Positions 49,994 through 62,800 of a DNA stretch of 64,000 nucleotides are shown one piece after another. The stretch is from Octopus sinensis (Eukaryota): positions 78,678,001 through 78,742,000 of the forward strand of contig NC_043006.1 of the NCBI RefSeq assembly GCF_006345805.1, written 5' to 3'. Position 1 is the stretch's first letter, and every line of letters starts with the position of its first letter. The position numbers and the translations under genes are program-made. The notes under the pieces were generated by a model that was given only the letters and a program-made list of their open reading frames with translations, was not told where the DNA came from and did no database searches.

Positions 49994-51523
49994 ATGTCGT
50001 CTAGCATGGAGCCTACCGTTGGAGCAGAAATACTTGTTTCTCCTGTTGAGAGGAGGAAATACATGTCCGGCGAGGAGCCAACTACAGACAAGGAAATAGG
50101 GGTTTCCCCCGCTACAAGAAGGAATAGCAGAGAGGATAATATATTTGATATTTTTGGAGATGTGTCTGAGAGCTCGTCAGAACTTTCAGCAGAAGAGTTT
50201 CCGACTTTGCCAGAGAACAAAGGCATTGTGTCGAAGAGAATAATTGATGTGCCTAGCATCCAGATAGAACCAAAAAATGGAAAAAAAAGTTTTGCGTTGG
50301 CTGCTGGGGGTGGAACCCAGATACTGTCGACGAATAAAAGCGAAATTATGAAATACAGCAAAATGATGGAAATAAATGACAACAGTGTGAAAATTGAACC
50401 TCCGCAAAAGTTATTACAGGAAGAAAAGCAAAAAACAATAATTTTCAAAACATATTGTCTACAAAATAGAAAAATTGAAAGAATGTCAGAAGAGAAAATA
50501 GAAAAGTGCTTAAAGCCAATATTGGGCGACGTAGTATTTCTGAGAAGAGGAAAAAAATTCGGAACGGTGGAAGTAAGGTTCACCAATAAAGAAATAGCAC
50601 ACAAGAACTCAGTGGAAACGTTGAAAACGAACGACGTGGAGTTAATACCCTATTATATGGGGATGAGGACGTCGTCACGAATAAAAATTACAAGGGTCCC
50701 GCCAGAGGTCGAACCTATGTGGTTGTTGGCGGCAGTCCTAATCAAAGAGGTAGAAAAAATTACTCTCCTCCAGGCTACCGCTACGGAAAACCCACGCTGG
50801 GATGGTAAAACAATTAATCTTCTCATTCAAGCGGACCCTAAAATAATTCAAACAATTCCTGAGACAATTGAGGTAGGGGAGGAGAACCTCGTGGTGTTTG
50901 TTGAGGGCCGAAAACCTCGATGTTTTTTATGTGGTCAATTAGGCCACATTCGAAGGAACTGCAAGGAAAATGAAGAAGAGGAGGAAGAGGAGAAAAAAGA
51001 CAAAGAGGAAGAAGATAAAGAAGAAACAGATGAGAAAAAAACAACAAACAAAAGAAAAATACAACCAGCAACCCAGCCGAGAGCGGCGACTACTACAGAA
51101 CAACGACCAAAAAAGACTGCCAGAAGAGAAAAAGAAGAAAAAGGCATAATAGCCGTATACACTAAAGATACTGAGCTCATGAGAGACATTCAACTCATAA
51201 AGACTGTAAAAAAAATTGATAACCTTTCAGAGGAATTTATCAATTACGACATATATGAAGTCTCAAATAAGACTTATAGAATTCTACAAAATAAGTACAG
51301 AAAGACTGTATCTTCATTGAGATTAGATTTTAACAAGTCGATATTTCATGGATTACCAGCTCCGATCCCGCGAGAAAAGGAAAAGGTGGAGATTCCCCCT
51401 CCACCTGATAATTCTGTGTCGGTGGTGAGACGGGACTTTGACAAATCTATTTCCCAAGACCGTCCACCTCCGACCCTGGATAAAAAAAAAGGTGGAGGGT
51501 CCCTCTCCACCGGACAATCCTAA
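49994..51523 (+). CDS. Tx1 ORF1 (nucleic-acid binding, CCHC knuckle)
   Basis: ~509 aa from ATG 49994; CFLCGQLGHIRRNC zinc knuckle; acidic/basic tracts. Confidence 0.88.
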   Translation: MSSSMEPTVGAEILVSPVERRKYMSGEEPTTDKEIGVSPATRRNSREDNIFDIFGDVSESSSELSAEEFPTLPENKGIVSKRIIDVPSIQIEPKNGKKSFALAAGGGTQILSTNKSEIMKYSKMMEINDNSVKIEPPQKLLQEEKQKTIIFKTYCLQNRKIERMSEEKIEKCLKPILGDVVFLRRGKKFGTVEVRFTNKEIAHKNSVETLKTNDVELIPYYMGMRTSSRIKITRVPPEVEPMWLLAAVLIKEVEKITLLQATATENPRWDGKTINLLIQADPKIIQTIPETIEVGEENLVVFVEGRKPRCFLCGQLGHIRRNCKENEEEEEEEKKDKEEEDKEETDEKKTTNKRKIQPATQPRAATTTEQRPKKTARREKEEKGIIAVYTKDTELMRDIQLIKTVKKIDNLSEEFINYDIYEVSNKTYRILQNKYRKTVSSLRLDFNKSIFHGLPAPIPREKEKVEIPPPPDNSVSVVRRDFDKSISQDRPPPTLDKKKGGGSLSTGQS

Positions 51524-51535
51524 TTAAACAGGTAA

Positions 51536-54500
51536 GTGATGGCTATTCACATTGGTTGTTTAAATGTTCATGGCCTGTTGTCAAGCTGGAAGCAAGGACG
51601 CTTTCTGAATGACATCAGGTCGAGAAATTTGGATGTAATTGTTGCAACGGAAACCCGGGTGAAGGGGCCAAGAGATCTGCTCCCCCTCCTGAACGGCTAC
51701 GAGAAATACGTTTCTCCGAGTCGGGCGGGAGGTGGGGATGGGGTGTTGGTCCTACTAAAAAGAAACCGGGTAGCCGAGAAAAAGTTGGTTTTTTCTGACC
51801 CAGAAGGCAGGCTGGTCGTTCTCGACTTGACATTCAGTTGTGGCAAGACAATCAGGCTGGTCGCTATTTATGCACCAAACATTATTGGCCCGCAAACTGA
51901 ATATTTTCGTGGCCTAGGAAAGTTCCTAGCCACGTCGCATTCACTAGTAGTGTTAGGAGACTCTAATACAATATGTGCAGCACACACAGATTGTGTTGGC
52001 TCAAACTCGAACATGAACAGAAAATGTAACACAGGCTTTCGGGATCTGCTAAGTCAATTTCAGCTAGCAGATCCATATAGGTTGGAGCACCCGAACACTC
52101 CACAGTGGACGTGGTCAAATAGTGACGGGTCTACCAGAACATATCTAGATAGGATTTTAATTAGAGAAAAAGATAAGTCCATAGTTGAGTGTCCACAGTT
52201 TTTTCTAGTCAGCTACAGTGACCACAAGATGGTTACCTGTAAACTGACGGTAGATAAGTTGCATAGACAGGGATCTGGCTACTGGAAACTCAATACGTCC
52301 CTTTTGGCGATTGAGGAGTACAGAAAGCGGATCAAGATGTTAATACAGAGGGCATTAACAGGTACCATCATTAATAACAAATGGTGGTACGCCCTAAAAA
52401 GAGCCATCAAATATGAGTCTATTAGGTTTAGCATAAGTTTAGCTAAGAAGGGACGTAAAATAGGAGATGGTCTAGTTAAGGAACTAGAAGAAGCCTGGAG
52501 GACTGGTAATACAGACCAAGCGAGGGTGAAAAGACTGGAGTTAAACCAGCATCTTGAAGCCCACCACATGGGAAGTATTACCAGAGCTAAGTTACGTGCA
52601 ATGGGAAGTGAAGGAATCAAAGCCGCTGGATGGGCCCGAGTGGTGGAAGCTCGGCAAGGAAATAGTTCCTCTATTCGGTCTTTGACGAATCAAAATGGTG
52701 TCTTGATAAACGAACCCGAGAAAATGTGTGAGGTCTTTCGGGAGTACTTCGCCCAGCTGTTCGGGGGTGACGGCGGTCCTGGTGGTGGGAGAGCCCTCGA
52801 GGACTTTCTTACCGGGCTGCCGTGCCTCTCGGGGTCGGATGCGGAGTCTTGCGAAGGGCCAATCACACTTGAGGAGGTGATGGAGGCTTTGGCCGATTGT
52901 AAAGCGGGTAAGTCACCGGGACTTGATGGTCTTCCGTACGAGCTGTATAAATGTATGCCAGACTTGTTCGGGCAACTACTGACTGACGTGTACGCGAACT
53001 GGAAACAGAATGGGTTTATCCCCAGATCTGTGCGCCGGGGAGTAGTGACGTTGGTCAGAAAGGACCCGGACAAGGGGGACGTTCTAGAGAATTTCAGGCC
53101 CATCACTCTGTTAAACGCAGAAGTGAAGATTTTGGCCAAGGTTCTAGCAAAAAGGTTGGCGCGTGTCGCGAATGGTATAGTCGGGGAGGCACAGACATGT
53201 GCCATCCCAGGCAGAACCATTCAGGATACCCTCCATCTTATTCGCTATACCATAGAGAGGTTTGGTAATAAATCTGGCAAAGGTGGGGCATTGGTGCATT
53301 TGGACCAGTCTAAAGCTTTTGATAGGGTTGACCATCGATACCTAGCGACTGTACTTGCGCGGTTTGGCCTGGGCCTTGGCTTCCTCAGGTGGTTTATCGC
53401 TTTGTACCACAACATTGACTCGATAGTTCGGGTGAACGGTTTCCTTTCGAAGCCGTTCTGCATCAGACGCTCGGTTCGTCAAGGATGTCCGCTTTCACCA
53501 CTTTTGTATGTGATGGCTCTCGAGCCATTACTGCAAAGGTTGAGTGGCATCCCGAGAGAACCAGGACTAGAGGAGTTTGTTACGGCTTTCGCGGATGATA
53601 TCACTATCAGTGTAACCACAGTGGTACGCCTACGTGAAGTAGGTAAGACTATTGAGGCTTACGAGGAGGTAGCAGGAGCAAAGATTAACCGGGAAAAGTC
53701 GGTCGGCTTGCAGCTCGGCACCTGGGTTGGCAAGTCGATGCCTTCAGACAGTGTTGTTAGGCGCTGGACGGAGGGACCGGTTAAGTTGCTGGGAGTCTGG
53801 TTTGGACCAGGCCTCCAGATAGAGAAGAACTGGACGGAGGTATTGAGCAGGGTGGCTGCAGTAGTCAAGACTTGGTCTTGGCGGTGGCTATCCCTGAAAG
53901 GGAGGGCGGAAGTGGCCAATGTGTTTATCGCATCGGTCATTACCTACCGCCTGACTGTCGTGCCCTGTCCGGATTCGTGGTTGATCAGGTTGGAGAGACA
54001 GCTCTTTCGCTTTTTGTGGAAGGGCAGGTCGCCACTTGTGAAACGCTCTGTCTGCTGTCAAAAGCCTTTAAATGGAGGTTTAGGGATGCCTTGGTTAATG
54101 ATGCGCAGACATGCGTTGAGGTTGAGGCACCTCTGGATTCTCCTGGATAGTGAACGGGTGTGGTCTCCGCTGGCCAGACAAATGTTCCCTGAGTTCAAGA
54201 GTTTTTGCGAACAGGAAGCCTGGTGTTCTCGTAGACCGAGGTCGAGTGAGTGGCATAAAGAGTGCCGTAAGGCCCTCTTGCTGTTCCGGCGCTCGGGCAA
54301 CGCCAGCGGTGGGGGTTCCACACGGATTTTATATAGTGGGTTGGTAGAGTCTGAATGCGACGATGGCCTGGGGTCGACTCTAGGTCTCGGATTTATTCAA
54401 CTGGACAGCTTGTTTCATCGTACATTCGGGTTGAGAACGTTGGACAACTTCCAAAAGTCCTTAACCTGGCAATGCTACAGAGGTGCCTTGCCCGTTTGGG

Positions 54501-54939
54501 ATAAGCTCGCAAGACATGGTAAACGTCAGTCGCCGACCTGTCCAAGATGCGGTGGGGACAGGGAAACCGTCCCTCACGCTATTGTTCAGTGTCCGGAGAT
54601 AACTGAAATGTGGGCTTATGCTGAACATCTGTTGTCCGGCGAAGGAAGAGTACGGCTGTCGACTGAGTCAATTATAAAAATTGACCCACCGGGAGTTCTA
54701 ACGAACGAAGGTAAGAATTGTTTTCTCACGGTTGTAGCAATAGCAAAAGAGGCTGTATGGAATACTAGATAAAAGGAATTAAGACAGGCAACTTTATCTC
54801 TGGTGACAATTTACGATCCTTTTTTTCTTTTCATTTGAAAAGGAAACTGTGGCTGGAGAAGAGGTGTCTGTCAGAGTGTACGTTCCAAAAGAGATGGAAG
54901 TATGTTGCACGAGTGTTGTGCGTGCAAGGAACCGTGTGA
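51536..54939 (+). CDS. Tx1 ORF2: AP endonuclease + RT + zinc finger; single -1 frameshift at ~54770
   Basis: IGCLNVHGL, ATETR, IYAP, GD.N, YLDRIL, SDH, GYWKLN, QGCPLSP, FADD, TCPRC..ETVPH. Adding one A restores TRIKGIKTGNFISG.., homologous to copy 1, ending at TGA 54939. Confidence 0.92.
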
Positions 54940-55188
54940 ATAGACGAGGAAAAAAAAAAAAAAAGGAAAAATAAAAAGGTACCAGCGGTAGATCGGGGCT
55001 TGTGGGATCGGAGCGTAACTTGATCATCGCTTCATTTGTATTGTTTTTGTACTGTGTATTCCATTCGATTTTTATGTATTGTATTTTATTTTTGATGTCA
55101 CATTTATGTAAAATCATATCGATTCACTGATCCCATCAGTTGTACTGTCCATATCTATGTTTGGCCCCCGGTGGGCAATAAAGAAATT

Positions 55189-55737
55189 GGTATTTCGTCT
55201 GCGTTACGTTGTGAGTTCAAATTCCGCCGAGGTCGACTTTGCCTTTCATCCTTTCGGGGTCGATAAATTAAGTACCAGTTACGCACTGGGGTCGATGTAA
55301 TCGACTTAATACCTATGTCTGTCCTTGTTTGTCTCCTCTGTGTTTAGCCCCTTGTGGGTAATAAAGAAATAGGTATTTCGTCTACCGTTACGTTCTGAGT
55401 TCAAATTCCGCTAAGGTCGACTTTGCCTTTCATCCTTTCGGGGTCGATTAAATAAGTACCAGTTGCGCACTGGGGTCGATATAATCGACTTAATCCGTTT
55501 GTCTGTCCTTGTTCGTCCTCTCTGTGTTTAACCCCTTGTGGGTAGTAAAGAAATAGGTATTTCGTCTGCCGTTACGTTGTGAGTTCAAATTCCGCCGAGG
55601 TCGACTTTGCCTTTCATCCTTTCGAGGTCGATAAATTAAGTACCAATTGCGCACTGGGGTCGATGTGATCGACTTAATCCGTTTGTCTGTCCTTGTTTGT
55701 CCCCTCTGTGTTTAGCCCCTTGTGGGTAATAAGGAAA
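55189..55737 (+). mobile_element. Three tandem headless SINE family B bodies
   Basis: Units start GGTATTTCG at 55189, 55372 and 55556 (183-184 bp). Confidence 0.9.
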
Positions 55738-55835
55738 CATATATATGCATACATATACATATGTATGTGTATAATGTGCGTGTGTGTGTATCTATGCATG
55801 TATATATGATGTGTGAACATAAACATATATCTGTT

Positions 55836-56200
55836 GAGGCGCGATGGCCAAGTGGTTAGCGCAGCGGACTCGCGGTCGTAGGATCGTGGTTTCGATTTCC
55901 AGACCCGGTGTTGTGAGTGTTTGTTGAGTGAAAGCACCTAAAGCTCCACAAGACACCGGCAAGAGTGGGGGGCGAATCCTTCTGTACTCTTTCACCATAA
56001 CTTCTCTCACTCTTTCTTCCTGTTTCTGTTTTACCTGTATTTCAAAGGTCCTGCCTTGTCACACTCTGTGTCACGCTGAATCTCCCCGAGAACTACGTTA
56101 TGAGTACACGTGTCTGTAGAGTGCTCAACCCCTTGCACGTTAATTTCACGACCAGGCTGGGATCAACTGGAACCCTCGTCGTCGTAACCGACGGAGTGCC
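55836..56200 (+). mobile_element. SINE family C
   Basis: GAGGCGCGATGGCCAAGTGGTTAGCGCAGCGGACTCGCGGTCGTAGGATCGTGGTTTCGATT head. Confidence 0.85.
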
Positions 56201-56227
56201 AAGATATACATATATGTATCTACCTCT

Positions 56228-56273
<46 letters not shown>

Positions 56274-56451
56274 ACCTCCTATCATTTTTAACTCTTTATC
56301 ATGCATTCAGTTATTAAAATACTTTTGTTTCTCTGTTCTATGTGTGTGTGTATATATATAGGGAGAATTTACGAAAAAAGACAAAAGCGGAAGACAGGTG
56401 GTGTACAAAACAAACAGATGTATTAGTATAACGCTCAGGAATAGAAAAGGT

Positions 56452-56487
56452 CTTTTACGTTTCGAGCCTACGCTCTTCTACAGAAAG
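56452..56487 (-). ncRNA. Degenerate minimal hammerhead motif
   Basis: Reverse complement CTTT-CTGTAGA-A-GAGC GTAG GCTC-GAA-ACGT-A-AAAG; core A6>U. Confidence 0.55.
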
Positions 56488-56540
56488 GGACACAGAAAAC
56501 AGGAGAGAAACAAGGAGAGAAAAAAGGAGAGAAAATACAA

Positions 56541-56579
<39 letters not shown>

Positions 56580-56938
56580 CACACACTATACTTCCTGTGT
56601 TGCTATTTGTTGTTTGAATGCAACGTATACTGATAATTGTATTGTATTTTACAGAAAGAAAAAGTGTTGCCTCGGTCAGATTTCAGATATCGATCAGAGG
56701 ACATGTATCAGCTTGTCTTTGTCTCTGAACCAATACCGAGATGATTAAATCATCAATCGGGTCTCATACTATTTTCTATATCTTTGTACTGCATTAACAC
56801 CAACTTCGAATCGTTAGGGAAATGTGCTTTACGCAATTGCACGTAACTAGGCAGATAAATCTGCAATATTCCACCATCATCATCATCATCATCACCATTA
56901 TTATTATTATCATTATTATTATTATTATTATTATTATT

Positions 56939-57438
56939 GAGTGAGAGAGCAGTGCATGACATCAAAGTGACACTGGGGTAAAATATACGAAGCCCAGTAT
57001 ACCCATCATGACTACCCGTCTGATAGGGGTACACTAGGCACAAGCATCACAACCATATGTGCGCGATATGGTAATCTCATATTAAGATAAACAGAACATT
57101 ACCTTGCAGGTAGAGCCCAGATAAAATTTTCTTGTAGTCGAGTAACCCATACCGCTCAAAAGGTCCCTGAATAAGGGTTGTTTAAGGATGTTGAACGAAA
57201 CACCCATGTTTCCAGAGGTGAATTATCCAAACCCCAAAGAATTCCTCTCAACACATGGCTATGATGCTACCCCACTACTTCCGCTCGTGATCAGAGATGC
57301 ACATATCATCAGCCATCAAGGGACATGGTCATCTGGTGAAGGTCAAACAACTTACAAGTAAATCTGTGGTATTGAGCAGAATATTTGCTGTAGCCTATCT
57401 TTTATACCAAGACAAAACATTGTACATGATAACACTTC

Positions 57439-57439
<1 letters not shown>
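56939..57439 (-). mobile_element. Family D (TAA)n-targeted repeat
   Basis: Homologous to ~17136-17635; (ATT)n flanks. Confidence 0.82.
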
Positions 57440-57469
<30 letters not shown>

Positions 57470-57472
<3 letters not shown>

Positions 57473-59290
57473 TAGTTTTATTTTTATAGCGTGCTTTCAC
57501 TTCACTACCGAGCGCAGCTCTGTGTGCCTTGGGTATGTGCTGTGATTTGTTGTGATGCTCTGATGGTTATTGTATGGAAAGTGTTCTGCGTAGGATGTGT
57601 GCAGTGCCTAGTAGTGCAATTTTCTGTATGTTATATGTGTTTGTAAGTCCTGGTGTTTTTGTTATGTATTTGTCTGAATATTATTTTATCATGCCTAATG
57701 CACCTACTATGATAGGAATTGTTTCTGTTTTCAGATTCCACATTCTAGTTACCTCTATTTCCAGGTCTTTGTATTTTGAGAGTTTCTCCATTTCTTTTAG
57801 AGACACGTTGTCATCTGCCGGTATTGATACATCAATTAGAAAGCATTTTTTTTCTTCATGATCTCTGACAACTATATCTGATCTGTTGGCCTTAATTTCT
57901 CTATCTGTGTGTATCGGCATATCCCAGAGTATGGTTGCTTTCTCGTTTTCTGTGACCTTTTCTGGTGTGTGCCTATACCATCTTTTTTCTGTTGTTATTC
58001 CATAATGTTGGCATAGCTTCCAATGTATGTAGGTTCCAACTCTGTCATATCTGTGAATATATTCCTTCTTAGCCAGGACTGGGCAGCTAGAGATAATATG
58101 ATTTATTGTTTCTTGTCCATCTCCACATATTCTGCAGTTACTTGTAATATTTCTTTTCATTACATGTTTTTGGTAATTTCTGGTGGGGAGGCTTTGGTCT
58201 TGTGCTGCAGTTAAAAATCCCTCTGTTTCTGCTTTGAGTCCTGAGCTTCTCAACCATTGCTGGGATTTTTCTTTGTCTATTTCTTTTGCGTTTAGTTTAG
58301 TCCAGTATTTACCATGAAGGGGCTTTTCTTGCCATCGTTTTATCATGGTTCGTTGCTGTTCTATTTTTAGTTTGGATTTCATTTGTTTTATAGCTTTTGT
58401 TGTTTCTTCATCTTCTTCTTCTTCTTCTTCATGTTTATTAGGTGGTATGATTTCTTGTTTGTATTTGTCAGCTTCCTTAAATACTGAGAACAGTTTTTTG
58501 TTTTGCTCGTGTTTTGCCGCTATCTGGATCAGTTTTCCTTCCTTCTGAAGTAGGTATTTTTGCAGTCCTATGGTGGTTATTTTATAGTAGTTTTCCAGCT
58601 GTATAAGGCCTCTACCACCTCTTATATATAGTCTTTCTATGTCAGATTTTGGGTGATGCATCCTAGATCCTGTCATTATTTTTCTTGTTTTCCTATCTAT
58701 TTTGGTCGGTTCATTTCGTGTCCAGTTAAGGATATTGTAGCTGTAACTTATAACTGGGACAGCTAAAGTGTTGATACCTATTATCTTGTTTTTAGCATTG
58801 AGCTCTGTGTTTAGTATTGATCTAACTCGTCTATAATATTCTTTTTATTTTCTCTTTCATTTGTGTGTGTTGTGTCTTATCTAGTTCATGGATTCCTAAG
58901 TATTTGTAAGTTTGGCTTTGGTCTAATTCTTTTATTTCATTGGTTTTATCTAGTGTGATGTTGTTACTCTTAACTAGTTTTCCTCTTTTCATGGTTACTT
59001 TGGCGCATTTTTCTAATCCAAATTTCATATCTATTTCTTTGGTAAATCCACGAACTGTCTTTAATAGTGTTTCCAGCTGTTTGTCAGTTGCAGCGTATAG
59101 TTTTAGGTCATCCATATATAAAAGGTGGCTGATCGTTTTGCCGTAACATTTATATCCGCATCCAGTTCTATTTAGTATATCAGATAGAGGTGACAGTGCC
59201 AAGCAGAAAAGGAGTGGAGAGAGCGTGTCTCCCTGGAATATTCCTCTTCTAATGGGGATGTCTTTGGTTTTCATGAGTCCCTCTTTTGTT
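57470..59290 (-). mobile_element. R4/Dong-type retrotransposon, 5'-truncated (RT + RLE)
   Basis: RRGIFQGDTLSPLLF, SHLLYMDDLKLY, YKYLG; then AAQDQSL, CRICG, KCFLIDVSIP, EKLSKYKDL; (TAA)n flanks. Confidence 0.9.
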
Positions 59291-59376
59291 TTGTTTTGTT
59301 TTATTATTATTATTATCATTATCATTGTTATTGTTGTTGTTGTTGTTGTTGTTATTATTATTATTATTATTATTAA

Positions 59377-59407
<31 letters not shown>

Positions 59408-59506
59408 TTTTTATTATTATTATTAATTATTTTTTTTATTATTATTATTAATATTTTTTTATTTATTATTATTATTATTATTTTTTTTATTATTTATTAT
59501 TAATTA

Positions 59507-59541
<35 letters not shown>

Positions 59542-59543
59542 TA

Positions 59544-59581
<38 letters not shown>

Positions 59582-59959
59582 GCAGCAAGCTGGCAGAATC
59601 GTTAATATCGCTGGCCGAAATGCTAAGCGGCATTTCTTCTGCCGCTACGTTCTGAGTTCAAATTATGCCGAGGTCGACTTTACCTTTCATCTTTTCGGGG
59701 TCGCTGAAATAAGTACCAGTTTTAAGGCCTTACACCTACAGTAGAAATAATAATTATTATCGTTAAAGCGGCGATCTGGCAGAATCGCTAGCACGCCGGA
59801 CAAAATGCAGAGCGGCATTTCGTCCGTCCTTATGTTCTGAATTCAAATTCCACCGAGGTTGTCTTTGCCTTTCATCTTTTCTTACCATCTGAAGACAGGG
59901 GTGTTGTAATCGACTTACCCCAACTTTCTGTCCTTTTGCCAAATTTTGAAATGTGTATG

Positions 59960-61565
59960 AACTGTGGTTTGTTTTGGTGCTGTTATTTTCAATGTTGTGA
60001 AAGTGCGTTGCGTTGGAGGTTTGCGGTGCGTTGTAGTGTTATTTTCTGTATGTTATATATATTCGCAAATTCTGGTGCTTTGGTTATGTATTTGTCTACA
60101 TGTTTTGTTAATCATACTAATGCACCCGTTATAGGGATTGTTTCTGTTCTTACGCTCCACATTCAGGTTATCTCTATTTCCAGATCTTTGTATTTTGAGT
60201 TTTTCCGTTTCTTGTAGAGATGCATTGTCATCTCTTGGGATTGATACATCGATTAAATGACATTTTTTTTCTTAAGGATTTCTATCAACTATATCCGGTG
60301 TTTTAGCCTTGATTTCTCTATCTCTGTGTTGGTATATCCAAAGTTTTATTGCTTTGTCATTTTCTGAAACCTTTTCTGGTGTATGCCTATACTATCTTTT
60401 TTTTTTTTCTTTTAACATTCTATAGTATTCGCATATCTTCCAGTGTATATAGGTCCCAACTCTGTCATGTCTGTAGTTATATTCCTTCTTAGCCAGGACT
60501 GGGCAGCCAGAGACAATATGATTTATTGTTTCTTCTCCATCACCACATATTCTGCAGTTGTATTTTTCTTCATTATGTGTTTCTGGTTGGGAGGCTTTGA
60601 TCTTGTGCTGCAATTAAAAACCCTTCGGTCTCTGCCTTGAGTCCTAAGCTTCTCAACCACTGTTGGGATTTTACTTTGTCTATTTCTTTTCTGCTTATCT
60701 TATCCCAGTATTTTCCATAAAAGGGCTTTTCTTGCCATCGTTTTATCATGATCCGTTGCTGTTCAAGTTTTAGTTTGGATTTCAGTTGTTTTACAGCTTT
60801 TATTGTTTGCTCGTTTGCTTCATGGTTTTCAGACACTATGACTTTTTTTCTTGTATTTTTCGGCCTCCTTAAAGACAGAAAACAGTTTTTTGTTTCTCGA
60901 GTTTTGTGGCTATTTGCACCAGTTCTTCTTGCTTTTGAATTAGGTATTTCTGTAATCCTACGATGGTTATTTTTATAGTAGATTTCTAGTTGTATAAGGC
61001 GTCTACTATCTGCAATTCGTTAAATATATATAACCTTTCTATGTCTGATTTTGGGTGGTGAATCCTAATTCCGTCATTATGTTTCTAGTTTTCCTGTCTA
61101 GTTAATTTAGTACCCAAGTAATAATATTGTAACTGTAACTTATAACTGGAACATCTAAAGTGTTGATGCCTACTACCTTGTTTTTTGCATTGAGCTCTGT
61201 TTTAATTATTAATCTAACTCGTCTAGAGTATTCCTTCCTTTCCTCCTCTTTCACTTGTGTGTGTTGTACCGTATCTAGTTCATTGATTCCTAAGTATTTG
61301 TATGTCTGGCTTTGGTCTAATTCTCTTTTCTTTTCTTTATCTAGTGTGATATTTTTACCCTTAACTAGTTTTCCTCTTTTCAAGGTTGCTTTGGCATATT
61401 TCATAAGCTGAATTTCATATCTATTTATTTGCTAAATTCATGCATTATCTGTAGTAATGTTTCCAGTTGATTATCATTTGCAGTATACGGTTTTAGGTCA
61501 CCCATATACAAGACATGGCTGATTGTTTTGCCGTACCAGTTATATCCACAGCGAACTGGTAGAAC
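59960..61565 (-). mobile_element. Older R4/Dong-type copy
   Basis: YKYLGINE, AAQDQSL, CRICGDGEETINHIVSGCP motifs with many lesions. Confidence 0.85.
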
Positions 61566-61846
61566 TGATTGGAAAAGTTGACATCAGAACATATAAAACT
61601 TTTCTTTTGATCATTTCGGAATCAATAGAAGAAAGTGCAAATTAAACATTAAGAATTAATATTATCGACTTCCCCCGTTGACATTTAGCAAAAATGTTAA
61701 ATCATAATAATTATTTTTAATTTTCGATAGGGTTAACCCTCAATATGTGGCAGCTGTATCTTGCTTCGATCCCGTTTTCAGTTGTTGGATCGCTGCAGTG
61801 TACTGCAACACCTTGGCGGTGGTCAGAGAAAAATGACGGTCTATCG

Positions 61847-62192
61847 CAAGGTTTCTCAACCATTTCTTTTTATCTGTGGACCCCTTTGAATATTATTTTA
61901 TTCTGGTGGACCCTCGTAGCCATTCGATGTTTAAAATGTAGTTTCAACTACTTCAAAATTCCTATCTTGTTTTTTTATGCATTAACTTGTGTCGGACGAA
62001 CTGTGTAAAATATCAAAGGAAAAAACCTAGCTGTTTCTTACAAGAAACATCTCAATAAATATATCTAATGCAAAATTTTTCAGGGACCCTTAAAATACTA
62101 TCAGGAATCCCCAATTTACTGTTTTTGTGAGGATACCCATATATTTTATATGGAACCTCAGGGGTCGTATGGATCCCGGTTGAGAACTACTG
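61847..62192. mobile_element. hAT/Charlie-like MITE
   Basis: TIR-like ends CAAGGTTTCTCAACC ... GGTTGAGAACTACTG. Confidence 0.65.
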
Positions 62193-62199
62193 GTTTATC

Positions 62200-62800
62200 G
62201 GAAGCGTTCGGTTTGTTCCGTCAGGGCTTCCTCCTCTCGTTCCATAGGTACGCGCAGGCACTCGAGCCATTGTTGCGGGGGTAAGAGTTATCGAGGTGCA
62301 CTTCACGTGAAGAGGATGTCGGAGACTGGTTTCATCAACTGCAGACGAAGTCATTATAAGAGTGTCGGGCAGTAGATACATCGAGATAATGGGCGCTGCT
62401 CTGAGAGAATACGAAGTTGTAACAGGAGTAAAAATTAACCAGAGAAAGACAGTGGAGGAAAACTGCCTACCCTTCCTTTAACCGTGAAGGGCAGGCAATT
62501 CATTTCTGTTTAGTGGGTATGGCAAAAGAGGTTGGGCAGTGGACGAGGCTGAAAAGACTGAGGATAAACTCTTTCATTCTAAGCTAAGCTGTCATGGACC
62601 TTTTCAAATCCCACTTGGAAAGCAAAATAAGGTTGGAGAGAGTGGCATTTCCCCACCCCAGTAAATTTGTTGAAAGGTAGGCCCGAGTAAATGATTCTAC
62701 ACAAAGCTGACACCTGTAGCATGAGATTAGATGGAGAAGGGTGCCTGTCAATGGTATCCTAGGCAACTGGAGTTTGTGAGATTCCTTGGTTGCTCCAAGG
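62200..62800 (+). pseudogene. Decayed Tx1-like RT fragment
   Basis: SVR.VRQG, ALEPLLR, ADEV.I, YEVVTGVKINQ remnants. Confidence 0.65.

Larger units (their letters stand above)
49830..55188 (+). mobile_element. Apparently full-length Tx1-clade LINE
   Basis: 5' UTR, ORF1, ORF2, 3' UTR ending GGGCAATAAAGAAATT; ~16-bp TSD. Confidence 0.93.

Noticed and set aside
49945-54321. Antisense ORFs over the Tx1, Penelope, RTE and Dong coding regions
   Set aside because: Shadow ORFs with no recognisable motifs.
55189-55737. Regular ~184-bp repeats as a CRISPR array or satellite
   Set aside because: Units are SINE bodies with no spacer structure, in a eukaryotic context with no cas genes.
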